NCBI GenBank assembly: GCA_049517335.1
Contig: JBEKSD010000001.1
Location: 96,001 to 160,000 of the forward strand
Direction of reading: 5' to 3'
Length of the DNA stretch: 64,000 nt
Source of the DNA: Candidatus Omnitrophota bacterium
GTDB lineage: Bacteria > Omnitrophota > Gorgyraeia > Gygaellales > Profunditerraquicolaceae
A program made the position numbers and the translations under genes. A model generated the notes under the pieces. It searched no databases. It was not told where the DNA came from and was given only the letters and a program-made list of their open reading frames with translations. Below are positions 9,987 through 20,693 of the stretch, in pieces. The first letter of the stretch is position 1. The number at the start of each line of letters is the position of its first letter.

Positions 9987-12119
9987 ATGGTGAAAGAAAA
10001 GAAAGAGAAACTTAAGGCCGTTAAAAAAACGCCTGCTGCGGTAAAGATGAAGAAGGCGCAAAGTGCCGCTAAGGCTATCAAGCCGAAGGCTAAACCTAAG
10101 GCTCATCCTGCAGAAAAGCCTAAGGTTAAGAAAGCCGCGATTTTAAAAGTGAAAGCGGTAAAGGCAAAAGAAGCGATAGTAAAGTCGGCTCCGGTTCCGG
10201 TTAAAGTAGAGCCGCCAAAGCTTCAGGTAAAAGTTACACCCAAAGTTGAAATCAAGCCCCAGCCTAAAGTTGAAGCTAAGCCTCAAGTAAAAGTTGAAGC
10301 CAGGCCTCCTCAACCGGTCCCCGCTCCTGTTCCTATTACTGTTGTGCCTGAGCAGGAGACATTATGGGAACTGGAAATCCAACTGCCGGTAACCGTAAAA
10401 GATTTGGCAGTAAAACTACAGGAAAAACCCTCCGTTATTATCAAACATCTTATGGCTATGAAGGTAATGGCAGGGATAAATCAGAATGTTGACGAAGAAA
10501 CCGCAGCAAAAATTTGCCGGAAATTTGGCTGTAAAATAAAGAAAGCTCTTGGCAAAGAAGAGCAACTGTTGGGAGCGCATGAAGAGGAAGACAAGGCGAA
10601 AGATTTACTCGCGCGAGCACCCATAGTAACTTTTATGGGCCACGTTGACCACGGCAAAACATCGTTGCTGGATGCGATAAGAAAAACCAAGGTTGCCGAT
10701 TCTGAGCACGGAGGCATTACCCAGCATATCGGCGCCTATCGCGTTAAACTTACGCACGGAGAAATTACTTTCCTTGATACACCCGGCCATGAAGCGTTTA
10801 CCGCCATGCGTGCAAGGGGTGCTAGGATAACCGATATCGTAGTTTTGGTCGTAGCTGCGGATGACGGGGTAATGCCCCAGACTCAGGAAGCAATTGACCA
10901 TGCCCGGGCCGCGGGAGTGCCGATAATCGTTGCCATGAATAAAATAGACAAACCTTCGGCAAACCTTGATAAAGTTAAGAAACAATTGCAGGCGGTTGAC
11001 CTTACTCCGGAAGAATGGAACGGCAAGACCATTACCGTTGGTGTTTCGGCAAAGACAGGGGAAGGTATTGACAATTTGCTTGAAATGATCCTGCTTGAAG
11101 CGCAGATGCTCGAGCTGAAAGCAAACCCGAAGCGCCTTGCAAAAGGAGTGGTAGTTGAAGCAAGAATGTCCAAAGGCAGGGGGCCGGTGGCAACGTTGCT
11201 TATAGAGAATGGTACCCTACATCTTAATGAGAATATCATCGTAGGCAATTTATACGGCAAGATCCGCGCTATGTTTAATGACCACGGTCAGTCGGTAACA
11301 AGTGCTGGCCCCGGGTTTCCGGTTGAAGTCTTAGGCATAAGCGGTGTCCCGGAAGCCGGTGAGCAATTCTTTGTTATAGCTGATGAGAAAGAAGCCAAAG
11401 AACTGGCGCAAGCGCGCCTTGAAAAAGAGAGGCAGCAGCAGGTAAAGACGGCAAAGAAAATAAGCCTTGAAGATTTGCACGCTGAAATTATAGCCGGTAA
11501 AATTAAGGAATTAAAAATTATCATCAAGTCCGACGTTCAGGGTTCACTGGAAGCGATAAGAGATACGTTAGCTAAGTTGAACGTTTCGGAAATAAAAGTT
11601 GAAGTAATTCACACCGGGGTGGGCAATGTTAACAGTTCGGACGTAATATTAGCCATTGCCTCAAACGCTTTAATCGTCGGTTTCAATATTGAAGCGGATG
11701 AGCGGGCCAAGGAATTAATATCCAAAGAAGGGATTGACTTTAGGACGTATAATATTATTTATGAGCTGGCCAATGACATCAAAGCGGCGGTTGAAGGGAT
11801 GCTTGCGCCTAAATTAAAGAGGGTATTTTTAGGCAGGGCTGAAGTGAGAAAAGTATTTAAGCTTTCCCGTTCCGGAACTATTGCCGGCTGCTATATCACT
11901 AAAGGTAAGATTAACCGCAACAGTTTAGTTAACCTTATCAGGAACGGCGAAGTGGTTTTTGAAGGAAAACTTTCATCCTTAAAGCGCTTCAAAGACGATG
12001 TCCGCGATGTGGCGGAAGGCTTTGAATGCGGTATGAGTTTAGGCGGTTACGACCAGATGATGGAAGGCGACATTATTGAGGCGTACGAGATAGAAAAGAT
12101 AGCCAGAAAACTGGAGTGA
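9987..12119 (+). CDS. infB: Translation initiation factor IF-2
   Basis: [27 protein letters not shown]; K/A/P-rich N-terminus. Confidence 0.97.
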   Translation: MVKEKKEKLKAVKKTPAAVKMKKAQSAAKAIKPKAKPKAHPAEKPKVKKAAILKVKAVKAKEAIVKSAPVPVKVEPPKLQVKVTPKVEIKPQPKVEAKPQVKVEARPPQPVPAPVPITVVPEQETLWELEIQLPVTVKDLAVKLQEKPSVIIKHLMAMKVMAGINQNVDEETAAKICRKFGCKIKKALGKEEQLLGAHEEEDKAKDLLARAPIVTFMGHVDHGKTSLLDAIRKTKVADSEHGGITQHIGAYRVKLTHGEITFLDTPGHEAFTAMRARGARITDIVVLVVAADDGVMPQTQEAIDHARAAGVPIIVAMNKIDKPSANLDKVKKQLQAVDLTPEEWNGKTITVGVSAKTGEGIDNLLEMILLEAQMLELKANPKRLAKGVVVEARMSKGRGPVATLLIENGTLHLNENIIVGNLYGKIRAMFNDHGQSVTSAGPGFPVEVLGISGVPEAGEQFFVIADEKEAKELAQARLEKERQQQVKTAKKISLEDLHAEIIAGKIKELKIIIKSDVQGSLEAIRDTLAKLNVSEIKVEVIHTGVGNVNSSDVILAIASNALIVGFNIEADERAKELISKEGIDFRTYNIIYELANDIKAAVEGMLAPKLKRVFLGRAEVRKVFKLSRSGTIAGCYITKGKINRNSLVNLIRNGEVVFEGKLSSLKRFKDDVRDVAEGFECGMSLGGYDQMMEGDIIEAYEIEKIARKLE

Positions 12120-12121
12120 TT

Positions 12122-13102
12122 ATGACGAAGCGAATTTTAAGCGGGATGCGGCCCACGGGAAAACTTCATTTGGGCCACCTTGTGGGTGCTTTAGAGAATT
12201 GGAAAAAACTGCAGGATGAATATGAATGTTTCTTTATGCTGGCCGACTGGCACGCGTTGATGTCCGAATACGAAAACCCGAAAGATTTAAAAGAAAATAT
12301 GATTGATAATGCCGTGGATTGGTTTGCTTGCGGCATTGACCCTAAAAAGGCCACTATATTCATCCAGTCGCAGATTAAAGAACACCTTGAGCTGCATATG
12401 GTTTTTTCGGTGATTACTCCTTTGGGCTTATTGGAGCGCTGCCCGACTTACAAAGAGCAACTGCGCGAAATCACAAATAGGGATTTAAGCACTTATGGTT
12501 TTCTGGGTTATCCGGTGCTTCAGGCAGCAGATATCGCTCTTTATAAGGCGGAACTCGTTCCGGTAGGCGAGGACCAGCTTCCGCATTTGGAGCTTACCCG
12601 TCAGATTATCAGGAAATTCAGCCATATTTATAAGGAAGATATTTTCCCCGAGCCTCAGGCGCTCCTGACAAAAGAGAAACGCCTGCTCGGGCTTGACGGA
12701 AGAAAGATGAGCAAGAGTTACAATAATTTTATCGCTCTTTCTGACGAAGCAGGGGTAATCCGTAAAAAGGTTCAGAGTATGTTTACTGACCCTCAACGTA
12801 TCAGGGTGAGCGACCGCGGGCATCCTGAAAAATGCAATGTTTACGCTTATTATTCTATATTTGCGCCGGAGCAGAAAAAAGAAATTGACGAAGCCTGCCG
12901 CGCTTGCCGCATCGGCTGCACCGAGTGTAAAAAAAGATTGGGGGAGATATTGGTTAAATTCCTGGAGCCGATTGGTGAGAAAAGAAGAGAACTGCTTAAA
13001 AGCAAAAAAGATATAAAGGAAATACTGGAAGAAGGCTGCAGAAAAGCGCAAGCAGCCGCTCAAAGCACCATTTTGGAAGTAAAAAAAACAATCGGTATTT
13101 AA
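12122..13102 (+). CDS. trpS: Tryptophan--tRNA ligase
   Basis: SGMRPTGKLHLGH, YPVLQAADI, VPVGEDQ..HLE, KMSKS. Confidence 0.97.
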   Translation: MTKRILSGMRPTGKLHLGHLVGALENWKKLQDEYECFFMLADWHALMSEYENPKDLKENMIDNAVDWFACGIDPKKATIFIQSQIKEHLELHMVFSVITPLGLLERCPTYKEQLREITNRDLSTYGFLGYPVLQAADIALYKAELVPVGEDQLPHLELTRQIIRKFSHIYKEDIFPEPQALLTKEKRLLGLDGRKMSKSYNNFIALSDEAGVIRKKVQSMFTDPQRIRVSDRGHPEKCNVYAYYSIFAPEQKKEIDEACRACRIGCTECKKRLGEILVKFLEPIGEKRRELLKSKKDIKEILEEGCRKAQAAAQSTILEVKKTIGI

Positions 13103-13105
13103 AGA

Positions 13106-13867
13106 ATGGTTTATAAAATAAAATTACAGATGTTTGAAGGCCCGCTTGACCTGCTCTTATATCTGGTCAAGAAAGACCACCTTAATATCTATGATATCCC
13201 TATCGCCAAAGTGACCGAACAATACCTAGATTATATAAATTTAATGCAGCTTATGGATTTGAATATCGCCGGAGAATTTATGGTCATGGCCGCTACGCTG
13301 ATGCAGATAAAATCCAAAATGCTCCTTCCTGCGGAGCCTGTTGAGCAAGCAGAGGTGCAGGAAGACCCGCGCGCAGAACTCGTCAAGCGCCTGCTGGAAT
13401 ATGAAAAATTCAAGGAGATTGCCGAGAATTTAAGGAAACGCGAAGAAGGCCAGCGGGAAGTATTTAAGCGCCCGAATACGGAAACGGAAAAAGAATTGAA
13501 TAAGGATGATAAACCGGTTTATTTTGAAGCGAGCATATTTGATTTGATTAATGCTTTTTCAAGGGCGTTAAAGGACGTGCCGAGAGAAGTTTTTTATGAA
13601 GTGATAAAAGATGAGTTTACCATTGAAGAAAAAGTACACTCTATATTGCACCTTTTACTGGTTGAGCCTTCGGAGCGCGTATCGGCATTATTCAAGAAGG
13701 CAAAGAACAAACTTGAAATAATCGTGACATTTTTAGCCATTCTGGAATTAATACGTATGAAGGAAATAGTTGCTGTCCAGTCAAATATGTTTGAGGATAT
13801 AGAAATAACCAGGAACAAGGAGAATATTATACCTTATGAGCGAAGAGATCAGGCAGACACTGCTTAA
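13106..13867 (+). CDS. scpA: Segregation/condensation protein A (kleisin)
   Basis: FEGPLDLLLYL, MAATL.QIKSKMLLP, IVTFLAILEL. Confidence 0.95.
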   Translation: MVYKIKLQMFEGPLDLLLYLVKKDHLNIYDIPIAKVTEQYLDYINLMQLMDLNIAGEFMVMAATLMQIKSKMLLPAEPVEQAEVQEDPRAELVKRLLEYEKFKEIAENLRKREEGQREVFKRPNTETEKELNKDDKPVYFEASIFDLINAFSRALKDVPREVFYEVIKDEFTIEEKVHSILHLLLVEPSERVSALFKKAKNKLEIIVTFLAILELIRMKEIVAVQSNMFEDIEITRNKENIIPYERRDQADTA

Positions 13868-14885
13868 GGGAAGCCCTCTAGTTAACTCTCAGGCGCAGGA
13901 ACCGGAAGAGGACGTGGTTTTGAATATCTCTCTTAGGCCGAAGAATTTAGTTGAGTTCGTCGGCCACAAGGAGATAGTTGATAACTTAAAGATTGCGGTA
14001 CAGGCGGCAAAACAGAGAAAAGAGCCGCTTGAGCATGTGCTTCTTAGCGGGCCTCCGGGCTTAGGCAAGACTTCCCTCTCTCATATTATCGCCCATGAAA
14101 TGAGCGCTAAGATTACCGCAACCAGCGGCCCGGCGATTGAAAGGGCAGGGGATTTAATCGGGATACTCACTAACCTTGAGAAGGGTGACATTCTTTTTAT
14201 TGACGAGATCCACCGGCTTTCCAAGGTGGTTGAAGAATTTTTGTATCCGGCTATGGAGAATTTCCAGATAGATTTTGTCATTGATAAGGGTCCGTATGCT
14301 AAGACTATAAAATTTAACCTGAAACCCTTTACGCTTGTGGGTGCTACCACCCGTTCCGGCCTGCTTGCGGCACCGCTACGCGGAAGGTTCGGGATATTTT
14401 ATAACCTTGATTTTTACAAGGTAGAGGATTTGGCAAAGATAATTAAACATTCCGCAAAAACTTTAGGCGTGGAAATTGAGCCGGATGCGGCGGATGAAAT
14501 TGCCAGGCGTGCCCGCGGAACGCCGCGTATTGCCAACAGGCTGCTAAAGCGGGTGCGCGATTATGCGCAGGTGGCTAAAATTGAAAAAATTAACCTTAAG
14601 GCAGCGGTGAAAGCGCTGGATGACCTTGGGATTGATAAGGCGGGCCTTGATGATTTAGACCGCAAGGTTTTGAAGTTAATTATAAATTCTTATGGTGGCG
14701 GGCCGGTTGGCGTTGAGGCAGTGGCTGCCAGCCTCAATGAGGAAGTGGATACGTTAGAGGATACAGTGGAGCCGTATCTTTTGAAAGCCGGATATTTAAA
14801 GCGCACTTCGCGGGGTAGAGTTGCTACGCGGCTTACCTTTGACCATTTCGGATTAAAATACGACAAACAAGAAGAATTGTTCTAG
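13836..14885 (+). CDS. ruvB: Holliday junction branch migration helicase RuvB
   Basis: SLRPK, GPPGLGKT, LFIDEIHRL, RGTPRIANRLL. Confidence 0.97.
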   Translation: MSEEIRQTLLKGSPLVNSQAQEPEEDVVLNISLRPKNLVEFVGHKEIVDNLKIAVQAAKQRKEPLEHVLLSGPPGLGKTSLSHIIAHEMSAKITATSGPAIERAGDLIGILTNLEKGDILFIDEIHRLSKVVEEFLYPAMENFQIDFVIDKGPYAKTIKFNLKPFTLVGATTRSGLLAAPLRGRFGIFYNLDFYKVEDLAKIIKHSAKTLGVEIEPDAADEIARRARGTPRIANRLLKRVRDYAQVAKIEKINLKAAVKALDDLGIDKAGLDDLDRKVLKLIINSYGGGPVGVEAVAASLNEEVDTLEDTVEPYLLKAGYLKRTSRGRVATRLTFDHFGLKYDKQEELF

Positions 14886-14899
14886 GGATTAATTATTTC

Positions 14900-14967
14900 T
14901 AATTTTGCTTCGGGTTTGTTCGCGCACAAAATTTTAATGTGTGCTTCACAAACCTTGCGCAAAATTA
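14900..14967. repeat. Intergenic imperfect palindrome (three stacked stems)
   Basis: TAATTTTGC/GCAAAATTA, GGTTTGT/ACAAACC and GCGCACA/TGTGTGC, separated by pyrimidine-rich internal loops. Confidence 0.8.
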
Positions 14968-14982
14968 TTTCAATAGCTGAAT

Positions 14983-15522
14983 ATGAAAATATTACTACAT
15001 ACCTGTTGCGCGCCGTGTTTGATTTATCCTTTAGCGCAGTTAAAGGATAATGGATTTGAGGTGGAGGGGTTATTTTATAACCCCAATATCCATCCGTTTA
15101 CCGAATACAAAAACAGAAAACAGGCGATCGCTGACTTAAATAAAGATATTAAAGTAACTTTTCCGGATTATGAGCCGGCAGAATTTTTTCAGGCAATAAA
15201 CGAGAAAGAATACGGCGGCCAGAGGTGCGCGATTTGCTGGAAGCTGCGCCTTAAAAAAACCGCAGAAGAAGCAAAAAAGAGCGGTTTCACTCATTTTACT
15301 ACCACGCTTTTAGTCAGCCCATATCAAGATCAGGAACTGCTTAAAAAAATAGGGAATGAAACAGCTGCGGAAACAGGAGTTAAATTTTATTATGAAGATT
15401 TCCGGCCTGGTTTTCGCAAAGCGCACAATGAAGCAAAGCAGAAAGGCATCTACTGTCAGAAATATTGCGGGTGTATTTATTCAGAAGTAGAGAGGTTTAA
15501 GAAAAATGCAGGAAATCGGTAA
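14983..15522 (+). CDS. queH: Epoxyqueuosine reductase QueH
   Basis: LLHTCCAPC, FYNPNIHP..EY, RC..C...RL, FTTTLLVSPYQ, QKYCGCIYS; near queA/tgt. Confidence 0.92.
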   Translation: MKILLHTCCAPCLIYPLAQLKDNGFEVEGLFYNPNIHPFTEYKNRKQAIADLNKDIKVTFPDYEPAEFFQAINEKEYGGQRCAICWKLRLKKTAEEAKKSGFTHFTTTLLVSPYQDQELLKKIGNETAAETGVKFYYEDFRPGFRKAHNEAKQKGIYCQKYCGCIYSEVERFKKNAGNR

Positions 15523-15721
15523 AATCCTGATACTATTCGGAATTATTTTAATCGGCGTAGGGTTACTTTTAACGTTTTATAACAAGATTCCCCTTATCGG
15601 CAAGCTTCCCGGGGATATCTTGATACAGAAGAAAAATTTTACTTTTTATTTTCCGCTGGCAACATCAATCCTTTTAAGCATTATTCTTTCTCTAATATTC
15701 TGGATATTTAACCGGAAATGA
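15506..15721 (+). CDS. DUF2905-type small membrane protein
   Basis: GKLPGDI...KKNFTFYFPLATSILLS; usual ruvB-DUF2905-spoIID-queA context. Confidence 0.88.
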   Translation: MQEIGKILILFGIILIGVGLLLTFYNKIPLIGKLPGDILIQKKNFTFYFPLATSILLSIILSLIFWIFNRK

Positions 15722-16857
15722 AAATCCTCAAGCATTTTTTTCTAGTCTTAGTAATAGTTAACAATTACGGGTTACTGGTTACTGAATCTAAGGCCCAGCC
15801 CCAGGATACGATCCGTGTGGCAATAACCCAGGATATTTCTACATTGAATATAAAGGTTTCAGGCCCTTACGAAGTAACCAACCCGGATACTCACGAAGTT
15901 TTATATCAGGGAAGAAACCTAAAAACGACAGTAACAACTTATAAAAACGGAATCCTTATCGGCGAAAAAAGTTTTAATCGCGACAGGATATTAATTATTC
16001 CCAAAGATGAGGGCATAGTTATTATGAATGACCGCACCTTCCGCGGAAGCATCCTGATTATAAAAGATAAAAACGGCCTGCTTAGCGCGATTAACCGCAT
16101 AGGGCTGGAAGATTATATCCGCGGCATCCTTTATCATGAGGTTTCGCATTACTGGCCCATGGAAGTATTAAAAGCTCAGGCCATCGTATCGCGCACCTAT
16201 GCTCGCTATTCCATGCAGGTGAATAAACTTCAAGAGTTTGACCTGACAAACGATATTTATTCGCAAGTCTACGGCGGGAGCAGATCCGAACGTTTCCGCA
16301 CTAATCAGGCAGTTGAGGAAACTGTAGGACGCGTGATTACATTTGAAGGTAAAATAATCCCGGCGTATTTTCACGCCACCTGTGGAGGACATACGGAAGA
16401 TGCGTCTTTGCTTTGGAATATAAATATTCCGCCCTTAAAGGGAGTAGCCTGCGGGTTCTGCAAGGATTCCCCGCATTTTAACTGGCATGAGGTTATTTTT
16501 ACCGGAGAGATCAGGCAGGCTCTGGTAAATGCTGGGTACAAAATAGGGGTTATAAAAAAGATATTCCCCTTATCTAGGGATACCTCGGGAAGAATCAGTG
16601 ATTTAAAGATAATAAATACCAAAAATGACCTCGTTATTCCGGCCAAGGATTTCAGGAATATCATCGGCCCTAATTTGATAAGGAGCACGAATTTTAAAGT
16701 GAATATCGTAGGGACGGACGCGGTATTTGAAGGTATTGGCTGGGGCCACGGCGTTGGCCTCTGCCAGTGGGGCGCATATTTTATGGCGAAGAACGGTTCA
16801 AGCGCCGAAGAAATAATCAGATATTATTATCCTAAAACTGATGTGCAAGCTTTCTGA
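15718..16857 (+). CDS. SpoIID/LytB domain peptidoglycan lytic transglycosylase
   Basis: LEDYIRGIL..E, LKAQAIVSRTYA, SQVYGG, FHATCGGHTE, GWGHGVGLCQWGA. Confidence 0.93.
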   Translation: MKILKHFFLVLVIVNNYGLLVTESKAQPQDTIRVAITQDISTLNIKVSGPYEVTNPDTHEVLYQGRNLKTTVTTYKNGILIGEKSFNRDRILIIPKDEGIVIMNDRTFRGSILIIKDKNGLLSAINRIGLEDYIRGILYHEVSHYWPMEVLKAQAIVSRTYARYSMQVNKLQEFDLTNDIYSQVYGGSRSERFRTNQAVEETVGRVITFEGKIIPAYFHATCGGHTEDASLLWNINIPPLKGVACGFCKDSPHFNWHEVIFTGEIRQALVNAGYKIGVIKKIFPLSRDTSGRISDLKIINTKNDLVIPAKDFRNIIGPNLIRSTNFKVNIVGTDAVFEGIGWGHGVGLCQWGAYFMAKNGSSAEEIIRYYYPKTDVQAF

Positions 16858-17833
16858 CTTTGATTATATTCTTCCCAAAGAATTAATCGCCCAGCATCCT
16901 TTAAATGAGCGTGACAGCGCCCGCCTCTTAGTGGTAGAGCGTAAGAGCGGGAATATTAAACATTGTATTTTTAAGGATTTAACCGGTTTCTTTAAGCCCA
17001 ATGACCTCCTGGTCCTAAACAACACGAAAGTCATGCCTTGCCGCCTGAAAGGTAAAAGGCGCAGCGGAGGTAAAGTTGAAGTATTTTTGCTGAAGCAAAA
17101 GGAAGGTAAAACTTTTGAAGCCCTGCTTAAGCCGACAAGATTAAAATTAGGGGAGAAGATTAATTTTAACGCTTCGCCTGTTTACGCCGAGATTTTATCC
17201 AGAAATGAAGTGGCATTTAATACGCAGGACTTAAATAAGATTTACGGGCTTGGGGCTATGCCTTTACCGCCTTATATAAAAAGAGAAGCACAAGATTTAG
17301 ATAATATTTATTATCAGACTATTTATGCTAAAGAGAATGGAGCAGTGGCATCTCCCACAGCCGGCCTGCATTTTACGGAAGAACTGCTTAAAAAGATTAA
17401 TAAAAACGACACAGCTATTTCTTACGTTACTTTGCATGTAGGCTTGGGGACTTTTAAGCCGGTAAAATCCGAAGACATTACGCAACATAAAATGGAAAAG
17501 GAATATTTTAAGGTTCCGGATGAAACAATAAATGCCGTTACCAAGGCTCGCAAGTTTTTAGGCCGGGTTATTGCCGTTGGGACCACTAGCTTACGCGCTT
17601 TAGAGTCCTTTGCCTTAGGTAAAAAAGAAGGCGAGACGGATTTATTTATTTATCCGGGTTTTGATTTTAAGGTTACCGACTGCCTGCTCACTAATTTTCA
17701 TCTTCCGCGCACCACGCTTTTTATGCTGGTGTGCGCTTTTGCCGGATGCGATTTAATGAAAAAAGCATACCGGGAAGCAATAGACAATAAATACCGTTTT
17801 TACAGCTATGGCGATGCCATGCTTATAATTTAA
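16841..17833 (+). CDS. queA: S-adenosylmethionine:tRNA ribosyltransferase-isomerase
   Basis: DFDY.LP.ELIAQ.P, PLPPYIKR, GAVASPTAGLHF, TNFHLP, YRFYSYGDAM. Confidence 0.97.
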   Translation: MCKLSDFDYILPKELIAQHPLNERDSARLLVVERKSGNIKHCIFKDLTGFFKPNDLLVLNNTKVMPCRLKGKRRSGGKVEVFLLKQKEGKTFEALLKPTRLKLGEKINFNASPVYAEILSRNEVAFNTQDLNKIYGLGAMPLPPYIKREAQDLDNIYYQTIYAKENGAVASPTAGLHFTEELLKKINKNDTAISYVTLHVGLGTFKPVKSEDITQHKMEKEYFKVPDETINAVTKARKFLGRVIAVGTTSLRALESFALGKKEGETDLFIYPGFDFKVTDCLLTNFHLPRTTLFMLVCAFAGCDLMKKAYREAIDNKYRFYSYGDAMLII

Positions 17834-17834
17834 T

Positions 17835-18941
17835 ATGCCTTATACGCTACTACATAAAGATAAAACCGGCAGGGCGCGTCTCGGCAAACTTAAAACCGCT
17901 CACGGAGAAATCAATACTCCCTGTTTTATGCCCGTAGGCACGCACGCTACGGTCAAGGGTATCACCATCCGGCAACTGGAAGAATGCGGGGCTGAGATTA
18001 TGCTTTCCAATGCCTACCACGTATTTTTGCGCCCCGGTTTAGAGATAATCAGGAAAGCAGGCGGGTTGCATAATTTTATGTCATGGCAGAAGCCGGTTTT
18101 GACTGACAGCGGCGGGTATCAGATATTCAGTTTAGCGCTGCTAAGGAAACTGAATGACAAGGGAGTAGAATTCCAGTCGCATATTGACGGTAAGAAGTAT
18201 TTTCTTACTCCTGAAGATGTCATTGAAATACAGAATGGCTTGGGTTCGGATATCATCATGCCTCTGGATGAGTGCGCGCATTACCCCTGCTCAAAAGACC
18301 ACGCACTTGTAGCAATGGAGAGGACCCTGCTTTGGGCAAAGCGCTCAAAAGCGGTACATAAGAAAAAAGAGCAACTCTTATTCGGCATTATTCAGGGCGC
18401 AACCTATGAGGACCTGCGCTATGAATGCGCCAAGCAAATCATTGATATGGATTTTGACGGCTTAGCAATAGGCGGGGTTTCCGTTGGCGAGCCGGGTGAT
18501 TTGATATATAATATCATTAATACAGTCGTTTCCATATTGCCTGAAGAGAAGGCGCGGTATGTCATGGGCGTAGGCTACCCTCAGGACATCATTGAAGCTG
18601 TGGACAGGGGCGTTGACATGTTTGACTGCGTCGCGCCCACGCGTTTAGGAAGAAACGGCACTGCTTTTACCAGCAGGGGAAAAATCATCATCAGGAATTC
18701 TCCTTTTCAGGATGATTTCCGGCCTTTGGATGAAAAATGCGGCTGTTATGTCTGTAAAACATTTAACCGCGCGTACCTGCGCCATTTATTCAACGCCGAA
18801 GAGATGCTCGGGTTGATTCTGCTTTCGTATCACAATATTTATTTCTTCCTTGATATGATGCGTAAAGCAAGAAGCTCAATAGCGCAGGACAGCTTCGCTG
18901 AATTTAAGAAAGATTTCCTCAGCAGTTATAATTCAAAGTAA
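17835..18941 (+). CDS. tgt: tRNA-guanine transglycosylase
   Basis: [33 protein letters not shown] zinc site. Confidence 0.97.
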   Translation: MPYTLLHKDKTGRARLGKLKTAHGEINTPCFMPVGTHATVKGITIRQLEECGAEIMLSNAYHVFLRPGLEIIRKAGGLHNFMSWQKPVLTDSGGYQIFSLALLRKLNDKGVEFQSHIDGKKYFLTPEDVIEIQNGLGSDIIMPLDECAHYPCSKDHALVAMERTLLWAKRSKAVHKKKEQLLFGIIQGATYEDLRYECAKQIIDMDFDGLAIGGVSVGEPGDLIYNIINTVVSILPEEKARYVMGVGYPQDIIEAVDRGVDMFDCVAPTRLGRNGTAFTSRGKIIIRNSPFQDDFRPLDEKCGCYVCKTFNRAYLRHLFNAEEMLGLILLSYHNIYFFLDMMRKARSSIAQDSFAEFKKDFLSSYNSK

Positions 18942-18943
18942 AG

Positions 18944-19654
18944 ATGAAAATAGACATTATTACAATTTTTCCTAAGATGTTCTCAACTGTTTTAAATGAA
19001 TCTATCATTAAAAGAGCGCAGGCTAAGGGAAAAGTAAAGTTATGCGTGCATGATTTAAGGGGCTACACTTCTGATAAGCACAGAAAGGTAGATGACCGGC
19101 CCTTTGGCGGAGGCTCAGGCATGGTCATGGCACCTCAACCCATATTTAATGCACTCAAGGCTTTAACCGGAAACCGGAAACCGGAAACCGGTAAGCCGTT
19201 AGTTATACTGCTTGCGCCTCAAGGCAAAAAACTTAATCATAATCTGGCGAAGAAATTATCCAGACATAAGCACCTTATATTAATCTGCGGCCATTACGAG
19301 GGTATTGATGAACGGGTAAAAGAGGCTTTGGCAGACGAAGTGATTTCTATCGGGGATTATGTCTTAACCGGAGGGGAACTTCCGGCAATGGTTCTGGTGG
19401 ACGCTATAGTCAGGCTTATCCCTGGAGTCTTAGGAGACAAAAATTCCTTGAATTTTGAGTCATTTGAAGGTAACCTATTAGAATATCCTCACTATACAAG
19501 GCCTGCCATTTTTAAGGGAATGAGCGTTCCGGCTGTTCTCTTGTCAGGCGATCATAAGAAAATTGAGGCCTGGAGAAGGAAAGAAGCGCTGAAATTAACC
19601 AAACAAAGAAGGCCGGATTTACTTAAAAAATTAAAGGAGAAAAGAAATGGATAA
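18944..19654 (+). CDS. trmD: tRNA (guanine37-N1)-methyltransferase
   Basis: [44 protein letters not shown]. Confidence 0.97.
   Translation: MKIDIITIFPKMFSTVLNESIIKRAQAKGKVKLCVHDLRGYTSDKHRKVDDRPFGGGSGMVMAPQPIFNALKALTGNRKPETGKPLVILLAPQGKKLNHNLAKKLSRHKHLILICGHYEGIDERVKEALADEVISIGDYVLTGGELPAMVLVDAIVRLIPGVLGDKNSLNFESFEGNLLEYPHYTRPAIFKGMSVPAVLLSGDHKKIEAWRRKEALKLTKQRRPDLLKKLKEKRNG
19165..19192 (+). repeat. Heptamer tandem repeat (AACCGGA)x3 + AACCGGT inside trmD
   Basis: Read directly from the sequence; encodes TGNRKPETG in a variable loop. Confidence 0.9.
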
Positions 19655-20003
19655 GCTGAAATTAATTGAAGCCGGTTTAGTAAGAAAAGATCTGTCGAAA
19701 CTTAACGTGGGAGATACGGTGAAAGTCATGGTTAAGATTCCCGAAGGCCCGGATAAGATTAGGCTGCACCCTTTTGAGGGCGTGGTCATTTCCAGAGACG
19801 GCTCAGGCATAAGGGAAAGCTTTACAGTGAGGAAAGTATCTTACGGCGAAGGCATTGAGCGTGTTTTCCCAGTTAATTCACCCAGCATAGACAGTATTGA
19901 AATTGTACGTTCGGGAAAGGTAAGACGGGCTAAACTTTACTATTTAAGAAGCAAGGTCGGCAAGCGCGCAACGAAGATAGAAGAAAAAGAAACAAAAGAA
20001 TAA
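19647..20003 (+). CDS. rplS: 50S ribosomal protein L19
   Basis: [41 protein letters not shown]. Confidence 0.97.
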   Translation: MDKLKLIEAGLVRKDLSKLNVGDTVKVMVKIPEGPDKIRLHPFEGVVISRDGSGIRESFTVRKVSYGEGIERVFPVNSPSIDSIEIVRSGKVRRAKLYYLRSKVGKRATKIEEKETKE

Positions 20004-20016
20004 GGCCGTAACCGCT

Positions 20017-20625
20017 GTGTTTACTTACGAACGCCTGCTTAAAAAACACGGATTTGATATCATCATTGGAGTAGATGAAGCAGGGCGCGGCCCGTTAGCC
20101 GGACCGGTTGTGGCAGCGGCAGTAAGGCTGATTTCGCACCGTTTTAATAACCGCATAGACGATTCCAAAAAATTATCAGCCGCAAAAAGAGAAAGAGCCT
20201 ATTTAGAGATCATTGATAAATGCATTTTTGGCATAGGCATAGTAGATGAAAAGGAGATTGACGCCATCAATATCCTGGAAGCATCTCGCCTAGCCATGCA
20301 GAAAGCAGTTCTTTTGTTAATTGATAAGCTCGGCGAAAATTGCGATTATAAGCGCGTCTTTATTATAGCCGACGGAAATATGTCTTTAAATATAAGCCTT
20401 CCTGTTTTAAGTATTATAAAAGGGGATTGCAAATCCATAAGCATCGCATCTGCTTCTATAATCGCAAAAGTTACCCGCGACCGCATCATGAAATTATACG
20501 ACAGGGCTTATCCTCAATATGGATTCTTAAAACATAAAGGCTATCCTACGGCTGAGCACAGGAAATGCTTAAAGGATATTGGGCCTTCTCCGATACACAG
20601 AAAGAGCTTTAGCTTTGCCTGTTAA
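20017..20625 (+). CDS. rnhB: Ribonuclease HII
   Basis: GVDEAGRGPLAGPVVAAAV, DSKKLS, SIASASIIAKVTRD, KHKGYPT..H. Confidence 0.96.
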   Translation: MFTYERLLKKHGFDIIIGVDEAGRGPLAGPVVAAAVRLISHRFNNRIDDSKKLSAAKRERAYLEIIDKCIFGIGIVDEKEIDAINILEASRLAMQKAVLLLIDKLGENCDYKRVFIIADGNMSLNISLPVLSIIKGDCKSISIASASIIAKVTRDRIMKLYDRAYPQYGFLKHKGYPTAEHRKCLKDIGPSPIHRKSFSFAC

Positions 20626-20635
20626 AATCATATAC

Positions 20636-20664
20636 TTGTGGAAAATAAAATTAGGTTGTATACT
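20636..20664 (+). promoter_or_regulatory. Putative sigma70 promoter for the cyclodeaminase-folD genes
   Basis: TTGTGG (20636)-17 bp-TATACT (20659). Confidence 0.5.
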
Positions 20665-20693
20665 AAAACCCAACTTATTCGCAGAAAAAAACT

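Noticed and set aside
12485-13063. Long antisense ORFs (this 192-aa one, 23683-24231, 5275-5745 and others)
   Set aside because: They are shadows of well-conserved + strand genes and contain no motifs.
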